NCBI GenBank assembly: GCA_963718615.1 | Contig: OY970368.1 | Span: 480,001 to 544,000, forward strand | Length of the DNA: 64,000 bases | Source of the DNA: an uncultured cyanobacterium | Lineage (GTDB): Bacteria > Cyanobacteriota > Cyanobacteriia > PCC-9006 > JAAUQQ01 | Direction of reading: 5' to 3' | Part shown: positions 51,560 to 59,657 of the stretch, piece after piece | Layout of the letters: every line of letters begins with the position of its first letter | Numbering within the stretch: position 1 is the stretch's first letter | Translations under genes and position numbers: made by a program | The notes under the pieces: model-generated | What the model was told of the DNA's origin: nothing | What the model saw: the letters and a program-made list of their open reading frames with translations, nothing else | Database searches by the model: none

Positions 51560-52048
51560 CTAAGCCTCTGTTTGCGTGAGCAGCGCCACGGCATAGGCGG
51601 CGATGCCTTCTTCCCGCCCGGTGGGACCCAGTTTTTCGTTCGTGGTGGCTTTGACGCCCACTTGGTCTTCGGCAACCCCAAGCACAAAGGCCAGTTTCGA
51701 GCGCATCGTGCCAATGTGAGGTTTCATCTTGGGCCGTTCAGCGACGATGACGGAATCAATATTGCTGACCTGCCAGCCCTTTTCCTGAATCAGTCCATTG
51801 ACCGCTGCGAGTAATTTTAGACTATCGGCCCCTTTCCACTGGTCATCTGTGGGGGGAAAATAGTGGCCAATATCGCCCAGGCTCAGAGCTCCGAGCATGG
51901 CATCCATGATCGCGTGGGTTAACACATCGGCATCGCTATGGCCTTCGAGACCCAGTTCGTGGGGGAGGGTGACGCCACCGATGATTAAGGGGCGATTGGG
52001 GCCGAGGCGATGAATGTCGTAGCCGTTGCCGATGCGAATCGAGGTCAT
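51560..52048 (-). CDS. ispF: 2-C-methyl-D-erythritol 2,4-cyclodiphosphate synthase
   Basis: [34 protein letters not shown]. Confidence 0.98.
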   Translation of the reverse strand: MTSIRIGNGYDIHRLGPNRPLIIGGVTLPHELGLEGHSDADVLTHAIMDAMLGALSLGDIGHYFPPTDDQWKGADSLKLLAAVNGLIQEKGWQVSNIDSVIVAERPKMKPHIGTMRSKLAFVLGVAEDQVGVKATTNEKLGPTGREEGIAAYAVALLTQTEA

Positions 52049-52091
52049 GGATTTAGGAGGAGGAACGCTAAAGCATCACGGAATAACGCCC

Positions 52092-53096
52092 CTATTCTAG
52101 GGTGTTTTGCTCTAGGGTGTTTTGCTCTAGGGAGAAGGGACAGGACTCAGCGTTGGAGGAAGAGCTTGGGGGATTGAGCGATTTGGAGGTTTCCTGGAAA
52201 AGGGCGATCGCCAAATCCCGCACCATCGCTTCATCCTTAAATTGCGCCCCTAGCTTACGTTTTGCAACCTCAACACAAAGACCCATCAAGTCTGCGGAGG
52301 CTTCAACCTGCTGCATCAGAGGAGGAAGGTTGGAGGGGCGTTTTTGCGATCGCAACGCCATCTCCGCCGAAAACGCCGTCGCAATATCCCGAGCCGGGAG
52401 GGCAAAAATGCCGATGCCCAAAAACGCCAAAATTGCGCTGAGAAACTTCCCCAAGGGCGTAATCGGATGGACATCCCCATAGCCAACGGTTGTCAGCGTA
52501 ATCACCCCCCACCACATGGCGGCAGGGATACTGGCAAAGTCCTGGGGCTGAGCATCCCGTTCGATGAAATACATCAGACTGGAGGCAATTACCAGCAGCG
52601 TCATCACCACAAACAAGGTCGTCAGCAACTCATCCCGCTTATCCCGCAGCACCCGAACAAAAATCTGAGTTGATTCGGAGTAGCGAATGAGCTTAAACAA
52701 CCGCAGCAGCCGGAAAAAGGGTCCCAGCAGTGTTGCCCAACCCACCGGCAAGAGGTTGAGCAGATAAAACGGCAAAAAAGCAGCTAAATCCAGGAGCGCA
52801 AAAACCGTGCACCCATAGCGCAGCCGTCCTCGAAGCGGTTGGGCATAGGCTGGATCTTCGACACAGACCCAGAGGCGCAGCAAATACTCCAGGGTGAACG
52901 CGGTGATGATGATGATTTCGGTGGTGCGGAAGGCGATCGCCCCCCCCTGCGCCAAGTCCTCAAAACTCTCCAAAATCAACGCCGCCACGTCGATCGCAAT
53001 TAACCCCGGCACCAAATAGTTATCAATCAACGTCACCGGATCGGCAGGATCCGAGGCGTAGAACATCTGGTAGAGCCGCTGGCGTAGGGTTGGCAC
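52092..53096 (-). CDS. voltage-gated-type (6TM) potassium channel
   Basis: FTLEYLLRLW (S2), RLLRLFKLIRY (S4), WWGVITLTTVGYGD filter; start uncertain. Confidence 0.92.
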   Translation of the reverse strand: MPTLRQRLYQMFYASDPADPVTLIDNYLVPGLIAIDVAALILESFEDLAQGGAIAFRTTEIIIITAFTLEYLLRLWVCVEDPAYAQPLRGRLRYGCTVFALLDLAAFLPFYLLNLLPVGWATLLGPFFRLLRLFKLIRYSESTQIFVRVLRDKRDELLTTLFVVMTLLVIASSLMYFIERDAQPQDFASIPAAMWWGVITLTTVGYGDVHPITPLGKFLSAILAFLGIGIFALPARDIATAFSAEMALRSQKRPSNLPPLMQQVEASADLMGLCVEVAKRKLGAQFKDEAMVRDLAIALFQETSKSLNPPSSSSNAESCPFSLEQNTLEQNTLE

Positions 53097-53179
53097 AGTC
53101 CTTTTGTCCAGAATTTTTGCCCAGAATTTTTGCCCAGTCTTTTTACCCAGAATTTTTCCCAGTCTTTTTGTCCAGTTTC
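53095..53179. repeat. degenerate 12-13-bp tandem repeat, about 6-7 copies (CCAGAATTTTTGC / CCAGTCTTTTTGT)
   Basis: Read directly between the pRiA4b-ORF3 stop and the K+ channel start. Confidence 0.85.
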
Positions 53180-53739
53180 TAGAGTTCAGCCAAGGCCGCA
53201 TTCACCGCTTCGAGGTCAAAGCTTTCTGCATTCCATTCTCCGCCCACCCATTCCAATTGATCCTCATGTTCGGGATGTTGCGGGTCTGCCAGGGCTTCTA
53301 GCAGGGAAGCATAGCCCCAGGCACCACCACAGTCTTCCGGAGGACAGGCCCGTTTGCCTTTGATACAGACCGGGTAGGTTTGCTTAGGGTCAACGGGGAG
53401 AATTTTTTCTAGCAAAATTTGATGCTCCCAACCATCGCCAAAATCGTAGGTGTAGCGGAACTTGAAGTTTTCTCCACTCACAACCTTATTGAGTTTGAAC
53501 TTGGCCTCATTTTCCAGATCCTCCATACCCCACTCAGGATCAATAACACCATAGTCCGTGCTACTAATCCGAAAACTATGGAGATGGTAATTTTCCCACC
53601 CCATAACCACTTGAATGATTTCGTGGAGCTGGTCGAGGGGGGTTGTGTTTTTGACTAAAATCCGACGCCAAATCGGCGGGCGAATCTCTTCAAGGGTGAT
53701 TTTGAGCTGATAAATGCTGTTTGAGGCGCGAGAAGCCAT
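53179..53739 (-). CDS. plasmid pRiA4b ORF-3 family protein
   Basis: YQLKITL..PPIWRR, GWENYHLHSF, YTYDFGDGWEH, RACPPEDCGG. Confidence 0.93.
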   Translation of the reverse strand: MASRASNSIYQLKITLEEIRPPIWRRILVKNTTPLDQLHEIIQVVMGWENYHLHSFRISSTDYGVIDPEWGMEDLENEAKFKLNKVVSGENFKFRYTYDFGDGWEHQILLEKILPVDPKQTYPVCIKGKRACPPEDCGGAWGYASLLEALADPQHPEHEDQLEWVGGEWNAESFDLEAVNAALAEL

Positions 53740-53845
53740 AGGGAATTAGGAGGAAATAAAGAGGGAATTGGGTCAAGAAGGAAGGAAAAAGCGGCAACCA
53801 TCGAATGCTTTTATTTTAACGTTAAGCCCCCCGGCTCAGCCCCTC

Positions 53846-55039
53846 CTAGGACCGTTGACCATGCGTCCCAGGTTCAAAACCACAGGTTTTAGATTGGGGT
53901 TGCAGGCGCGATCGCACCTCCCCCGCCAAAATCTGCGCACTCTCTTCCACCGCCAAGCCCTTAGCCCGTTGGGCCATGTGTTGCAGCAAACCTGAAGCCG
54001 CATCGTCGAGTCGTTCATGCTCGGGTCGTTGATGATAGGAATCCAACAACGTCAAGACTTTGGTTTGCAGCGTTTCTACATCCAAATCCTTCTGCTGACA
54101 AACCCAAGCCGCATCCGCCGCACCAAACACCGCTGCATTGACTGTCTGGTGGTCCTCCGCTGCAAAGGGATAGGGAATTAAAATTGATGGCGTACTGGTG
54201 ATCGCTAACTCCGTCAGCGTTCCGGCCCCCGCTCGACTAATGGCCAAATCTGCCCGGCGAAACAACGCTGCCATATTGTCGTAGAACGGACGGGCAAGAT
54301 AGTGGGGATGTTGCAAACTCTCCCGCTCGGGATCTTGCTCCCCGGTCAGATGAACGATCCAGGCCCCCGCCTCCAGCCAAGCCGGAGCCGCCTGCCGCAC
54401 CATGCGGTTCACCGCCACTGCCCCCTGACTGCCACCCACCACCACAATTAACGGCACATCGTCGGGAATCCCAAACGGCAAGGGCAATTGACTGGCCTCC
54501 AAAAACGCCTGACGAACCGGCGTACCCAAGCATTGGGTCTGAGCCCGAGGCAAATACTTTGCCGCCCCTTCAAACCCCAGCGCCACCAACGTACACCAGG
54601 GACTCAGCCAGCGCGTCACCTTACCAGGGAGGGCGTTGGATTCATGCAAAATCACGGGCAGACCGAGGGAGCGCGCCGCCACGATCGCCGGTCCTGAAAT
54701 ATAGCCCCCGGTGGTAAAGACACCCTGAAACTGACCCGCCTTGAGAATCTGTCGGACCTGAAAGACGCCCCGAATCAGTCGGGCAAAAATTTTGAGGCTC
54801 TGCAAGCTAGGGCGGGTTTGGAAGCCTTCTACTGGGATTTGGTGGAGGGGGTAGCAATCGCCCACCAACTGACCTTCCATCCGATTCGGCACCCCCAACC
54901 ATTCAATGTCATAGTCCGAGAGCTGCTCCGCCAACGCCAACGCCGGAAACACATGGCCCCCTGTCCCACTCGCCGCAATCAGCAGTCGAGGCCGAACCGA
55001 AGAAAGAAGAGGAGAAACAGCGGTGGATGCAGCATTCAT
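53846..55039 (-). CDS. murG: undecaprenyldiphospho-muramoylpentapeptide N-acetylglucosaminyltransferase
   Basis: SGTGGHVFP, GGYIS, HESNA, GGSQGA, SRAGA, HQTVNA. Confidence 0.96.
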   Translation of the reverse strand: MNAASTAVSPLLSSVRPRLLIAASGTGGHVFPALALAEQLSDYDIEWLGVPNRMEGQLVGDCYPLHQIPVEGFQTRPSLQSLKIFARLIRGVFQVRQILKAGQFQGVFTTGGYISGPAIVAARSLGLPVILHESNALPGKVTRWLSPWCTLVALGFEGAAKYLPRAQTQCLGTPVRQAFLEASQLPLPFGIPDDVPLIVVVGGSQGAVAVNRMVRQAAPAWLEAGAWIVHLTGEQDPERESLQHPHYLARPFYDNMAALFRRADLAISRAGAGTLTELAITSTPSILIPYPFAAEDHQTVNAAVFGAADAAWVCQQKDLDVETLQTKVLTLLDSYHQRPEHERLDDAASGLLQHMAQRAKGLAVEESAQILAGEVRSRLQPQSKTCGFEPGTHGQRS

Positions 55040-55289
55040 AGTCGGGAATCCGATTGAGTACATCTAGGATATGGGAGGATACGCAACATTACCCGCCCCC
55101 TTGAGGTCCTGAAAACAGGGGATGCCTCCCAAGATTTCGAAGGGCGAGGTCCCAGCTTGGGCGTCCGCCGAAGTAAGGACTAGAATATCCCTTAGGCCAT
55201 CGCCCTTGATAGGACTTCCTTGAGATAGGGCATTCAAACGGGGGCATCCCGGCTCCAGATTATTCTATTTCTGTAGAGGTAACGCGTTC

Positions 55290-56171
55290 ATGACCGCATG
55301 GCAACAGATTCGGCAAGGTGTCGTTTTATCCCAATCCCACCGGGGTTCTGACCCTCGGCCTGGGGTCAAACTGGGCCTGTGGGTAGGGCTGCTGAGCATT
55401 CTGTTGGGCTGGGGACTGGAACCCGGAATCGTCCAGGCCCAGGGTGCCGAAAAAGCCCCTGCGCCCAAAGCCCCGGCCATGGTGGTGAGCCTATTGGCCC
55501 AAATGGATCAAGCTGCAAGTCAGCAAAATCTGGCCCAGTTCGTTCAAGCCTATAGTCCTAATTTTCGTCACGAGGACGGCTTTGATAAACAGGCCCTCGC
55601 TCAATCCCTAGAACGGTTTTGGAATCAGTATCCCAATCTGACCTATCAAACCGAACTGGTGAGCTGGACCAACCAAGAGCAAGGGGGCGTTGCCGAAACC
55701 CTGACCCGCATTACTGGCAGCCGTCAAGAAAATGGTCGGGAATTTAGGCTACAGGCCCAGCTCCGGAGCCGCCAAACCTTTGAAGGCGATCGCCTCGTCC
55801 GTCAGGAAGTCCTCTCGGAAGAAAGCACGGTGACCACGGGCGCAAACCCGCCCCAACTGACGGTCAATCTGCCCAACCAAGTCAAAGCCGGGGGAGCATT
55901 TGATTTTGATGTGATTGTCAACGAACCCCTCAAGAGCGATTTGCTGCTGGGGGGTGTTCTCGATGAACCTGTCAGTGCCGACCTGTCTCACAGGCCCGGC
56001 AAGGTTGAAGTGCAGCCGTTAATCGATGGCAAAACAGGAACCGGTCCGGGTGGGCTATTTAAGGTAGGCCGCGCCCCCCGCGAGGCTAAAGATCGCTGGA
56101 TCTCTGCGGTGATTGTCCGCAAAGACGGGATTACGATGGTCAGCCGCCGATTGAATGTGGTTGCGCCGTAA
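55290..56171 (+). CDS. exported NTF2-like family protein
   Basis: Signal/TM segment; QMDQAASQQNL..YSPNFRHEDG SnoaL-like start; C-terminal beta domain GGLFKVG. Confidence 0.75.
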   Translation: MTAWQQIRQGVVLSQSHRGSDPRPGVKLGLWVGLLSILLGWGLEPGIVQAQGAEKAPAPKAPAMVVSLLAQMDQAASQQNLAQFVQAYSPNFRHEDGFDKQALAQSLERFWNQYPNLTYQTELVSWTNQEQGGVAETLTRITGSRQENGREFRLQAQLRSRQTFEGDRLVRQEVLSEESTVTTGANPPQLTVNLPNQVKAGGAFDFDVIVNEPLKSDLLLGGVLDEPVSADLSHRPGKVEVQPLIDGKTGTGPGGLFKVGRAPREAKDRWISAVIVRKDGITMVSRRLNVVAP

Positions 56172-56176
56172 CGTCC

Positions 56177-57181
56177 ATGCCCCTCAGCCCTTGGTACGCG
56201 ATTAATTTATCGTTGCTGTTTCCAGGGCTGGGGCAGTGGCAGATAGGTCGGCCCTGGCGAGGATTGCTGTGGGGGGCGATCGCCCTTTGCCTCCTCGGCT
56301 TGATTTTCTGGGCTTTCCTCAGTCCCAACGGCAATATCCAGGTGGGGGCCGGGGCGTTGGGTATGGGCTTCGTCCTCTGGGTCTTTAGCCTCATCGACAC
56401 CCACGCCTGCTGGGTGAGCGATCAAGCGACCGCGCGCGTCCAGAAAGAAGCCCAAAACCGCCGCGCCGATCCCTGGTTTGCCATTTTTCTTTCTCACCTA
56501 CTCCCCGGCCTGGGCCAAGTCTATCGGGGCCAATGGGGCTTGGGGCTAGGTTTGTTACTGTTGACCCTTGTCTTTTGCTCTTGGCTCTATCGAGACCTCA
56601 GCTTTGGGGGTGCGATTTTGACAGCCTTGGCCTGCGCGCAACTGTCAGCGTCCCTCTTGGAACAACGATCGCAACGCTGGGGAATTCAGTTGGCGATCGC
56701 CATCCTCCTCGCCCGAGGGCTACTCCTGGGTTCCATGCCCCTCGTGCATCACTTCGTTGAACCCTTCACCGTGCCCAGCGAGTCCATGTACCCGACGCTA
56801 ACCGCAGGCGATCGCATTCTCGTCACCAAGCGATCGGACTATCAGCCCCAGCCGGGAGATATCGTCGTGTTTCAAAATCCCACAGCGAAGCGTGAGCAAT
56901 TTTTTGTCAAACGGGTGGTGGGGATACCGGGCGATCGCATCCTTGTGGAACAGGGCCAAACCTGGCGCAATGGTCAGTCCCTAGTAGAACCCTATTTAGA
57001 CCGTTTACCCGACTATCGCTGGGAACCAGAGCCGGTTCCCCCACGCCATCTCCTTGTTCTGGGAGACAACCGCAACGAAAGCTACGATTCCCACGTCTGG
57101 GGCTTTTTGCCTGCCAGCAAGATTGTTGGTCGAGCCTATCGCATTAGCTGGCCACCGGAACGGAACCGGCCCTTGCCTTAA
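56177..57181 (+). CDS. lepB: signal peptidase I with multi-TM N-terminus
   Basis: PSESMYPTL (Ser), FVKRVVG (Lys), GDNRNESYDSH; two PGLGQ membrane repeats. Confidence 0.92.
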   Translation: MPLSPWYAINLSLLFPGLGQWQIGRPWRGLLWGAIALCLLGLIFWAFLSPNGNIQVGAGALGMGFVLWVFSLIDTHACWVSDQATARVQKEAQNRRADPWFAIFLSHLLPGLGQVYRGQWGLGLGLLLLTLVFCSWLYRDLSFGGAILTALACAQLSASLLEQRSQRWGIQLAIAILLARGLLLGSMPLVHHFVEPFTVPSESMYPTLTAGDRILVTKRSDYQPQPGDIVVFQNPTAKREQFFVKRVVGIPGDRILVEQGQTWRNGQSLVEPYLDRLPDYRWEPEPVPPRHLLVLGDNRNESYDSHVWGFLPASKIVGRAYRISWPPERNRPLP

Positions 57182-57705
57182 AACCGCCAGCCCACCCCCG
57201 TTTGAATCGAAACCGCCGTATCTCCGTCTTTTTTACCCCCGTCGTAGGCATCAAAGGCAAAAACCGCATTGCCAAAGACCACGAGCTTAGTATTGGGGAT
57301 CATAAAATCCACACCGGGCTGGATCACAAACGACGATTTATCGCCAACGACGCTACCATCCGTCGCCAAGGAAATTCCAGCCCCCACATAGGGCTCAAGC
57401 TGCCAAGACACCGGAAAATCGTAGGACACCGTCGGGACTAGCGCGAGACTATCGCGATCGATAAAGGCCTGGGCTCGAAACGAGATCGGGGCCTTGAGCA
57501 CGTCATAGCGAGCCGAGACCACCCCCGCCAAATCCAGCTGCCCCCCATCTTGTCCTTCCACCCCAAGGGCACCCCCAACCCCGATATAGCTGCCGTAGGC
57601 CGGTTGGGCAGCGGCAGGCTTTGCCAGCGCCCCATTCAGCACCCCACCCAGCGACGTGACAGCCGTGAGGATGGTAAGTAACCATCCAATTCCGCGACAG
57701 TTCAT
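57178..57705 (-). CDS. small outer-membrane beta-barrel protein
   Basis: Signal peptide, alternating beta strands (SYIGVGG, PYVGAGI), C-terminal GVGWRF. Confidence 0.75.
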   Translation of the reverse strand: MNCRGIGWLLTILTAVTSLGGVLNGALAKPAAAQPAYGSYIGVGGALGVEGQDGGQLDLAGVVSARYDVLKAPISFRAQAFIDRDSLALVPTVSYDFPVSWQLEPYVGAGISLATDGSVVGDKSSFVIQPGVDFMIPNTKLVVFGNAVFAFDAYDGGKKDGDTAVSIQTGVGWRF

Positions 57706-58034
57706 TGACTTCTCCCAGTAGCGTTCAACAGCGTTTCTCAAAAATGCCCCCTTAATTTAACCCAAGATTTTCAGATGACCAGATTTTTATGGACGTGACA
57801 GTCTGCAAACAGCCACAGCCCCCCACAGAATCACCGGAGATTGCGTAACTCTAGAGTGAGAGCGTGAATCTCTCTCTAGAGAGTCACATCCAGCAGAGTC
57901 TCATCCAGCAAAGCCTCATCGCCACTATCCCCAAAGGACCAGGCAGATCTTGAAGCCAGCGTTCTTCTCAGACTCTGATTGATTCTCGTTCCGTTAGCGC
58001 CCAACTCCAGCCCTGTGACCAGGGGGTCAGTCCT

Positions 58035-58511
58035 ATGGCAAACCCATCTTCAACCCAATCTCGTCATTCCTCCGCTTGGGGCCGTCATTGGCGGCGATCG
58101 CTAGGAACCCTAGCCCTGGTCCTGGGACTCACCCCGCTGGCCCAAGCAGCCCCCACTGTGATTGGGGAAAATCCACCGGCAACCCTCGAACTGCAAGGGG
58201 TGTCTGGGGGCGTCTCTTTGATGAGCGATTGCAATGCACCCCTGCCTCAACAATCTACCCAGGAAATTCAGCTCACGGACGCCTTTACCAAACAGTCCGG
58301 ATTTCTACGATTTTCCCTGGAAGCAGGCGGTGCACCCCTGTTGATCTTAGAGGGTCCCGCAGGACGATTTTGCGCCCTAGGGAACGGTTCCGCCCAGGAA
58401 CAGGCTGAGGTCTCCGGCTATTGGTTGCCTGGACTCTATAAAGTTTATGTGGGCGATCGCAATCACCAAAGCGGTCCCTACAAACTGTCGATTTTGAGTA
58501 GCCAGAACTGA
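58035..58511 (+). CDS. secreted hypothetical protein (PPC-like beta sandwich)
   Basis: Signal peptide AQA; Cys pair; SGYWLPGLYKVYVGD. Confidence 0.7.
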   Translation: MANPSSTQSRHSSAWGRHWRRSLGTLALVLGLTPLAQAAPTVIGENPPATLELQGVSGGVSLMSDCNAPLPQQSTQEIQLTDAFTKQSGFLRFSLEAGGAPLLILEGPAGRFCALGNGSAQEQAEVSGYWLPGLYKVYVGDRNHQSGPYKLSILSSQN

Positions 58512-58834
58512 CCTTAGCCAACCCAGTCCATCCACCCCTGAGACGAGTTCCCTCATCAATTCTCAATCGGTGATATATCCCTCCGCAAACGAGGCAGAAT
58601 GGATAAAGGGAAGGACCCAGCAAACATCGTCGTCGAAAGGCGACTTCAGTGCTCCCACAATCCCCCTCACTCGATCTGTCTTTCCAATCCTTACCGACAT
58701 CCGGAATTTGCAAACTCGGTGCGCAACCTTTACATAAAGTCCGTATCAAGTGTATAAATTGATGCTTCTCATTCAAGAAATCCCTTGTTAAGCTATGCGC
58801 ACCGAACTACTGAACCTCTACAGGATGATGCCCT

Positions 58835-59530
58835 ATGGCTACAGTAGCTCCTTCTCCTTACACCGCCACCCAAATGACTGCTTGGTTGCGCGGCTTACTC
58901 TCCATTGCTTGGGCCGATGGCGATTTTGATGCCGAAGAAAAAAGCCTCATTGACGCCCTGACCCGTGAAGATCTAGCCCCTTGCCTCGACGTAGACCGCT
59001 TTGATCCCATCCAGGGAAACGAGCTGGCGGACGCCCTGGGGAGTGATCCCAGAGTTCGAGAGAATTTTTTACGAACCGCAGTCATGGTTGCATTGGCCGA
59101 CGGTGTTTATTCGAGTCCTGAAGATCGAATGTTAGAGCAATTTTGTCAGAGTTTAGAGTTAGATAGTTCCGCGCTCCAAGCGCTGCGTTCAACCTTAGTC
59201 GAACCCCTAGAAGTCGCCCCGGCTGCGCCGATGTCTGCGCTTCGGCCCCCTAGCGACTTGAATAAGCGAGGGCTGGATGTCTTGAAGCCCGCTCGGGTGT
59301 TGCTGGATGGGTTAGAAGTGGATGATCCCCGCATTGCCCGGTTTCTCTGCAAGCTGATCCCGTCCCAATGTCCCTTTGAGCGGGATGTCAAACTGTTTGG
59401 CCGCAAGGTGGTCCATATTCCCCCCTTGTGCAAACTCAATCCCCTTTACGATCAGCTCGTGGGCCTGCGGTTCCGTGCACTTTGCTACCTGGCCGATGAT
59501 CTGGGTGAAGACGTGAGCGAGTACTGCTAG
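58835..59530 (+). CDS. TerB-like + Mo-nitro_C domain protein
   Basis: AWADG and MVALADG TerB motifs; IPSQCPFERD..HIPPLCKLNPLY..GLRFRAL. Confidence 0.9.
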   Translation: MATVAPSPYTATQMTAWLRGLLSIAWADGDFDAEEKSLIDALTREDLAPCLDVDRFDPIQGNELADALGSDPRVRENFLRTAVMVALADGVYSSPEDRMLEQFCQSLELDSSALQALRSTLVEPLEVAPAAPMSALRPPSDLNKRGLDVLKPARVLLDGLEVDDPRIARFLCKLIPSQCPFERDVKLFGRKVVHIPPLCKLNPLYDQLVGLRFRALCYLADDLGEDVSEYC

Positions 59531-59565
59531 ACAACCCATCCACGTTGAGAACTGCGTTTTTCCGG

Positions 59566-59589
59566 AGGGACATGGCATGCCATGTCCCT
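59566..59589. repeat. perfect 24-bp palindrome, REP-like or terminator
   Basis: AGGGACATGGCATGCCATGTCCCT, preceded by GG (GGAG foot). Confidence 0.7.
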
Positions 59590-59657
59590 TAATCATGGGT
59601 AGGGCATGAGTAGGTCATGGCTGGGGATTTAGTCTTTGTGGGGATCAAGAGCCAAAC

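Noticed and set aside
53095-53179. CRISPR array (also considered for 28563-28620 and 51467-51522)
   Set aside because: Units are too short, lack unique 30-40 bp spacers, and no cas genes are present.
55148-55200. glnA (glutamine) riboswitch suggested by GAAGTAAGG
   Set aside because: Lacks the CGTT...AACG P1 stem and the GAAG E-loop partner.
58618-58655. c-di-GMP-I riboswitch suggested by GCAAAC...GAAA hairpin
   Set aside because: The following GACGCAAAG and P3 elements are absent.
58835-59530. Nitrogenase gene
   Set aside because: Mo-nitro_C is only a domain name; there are no nif motifs or nif neighbours.
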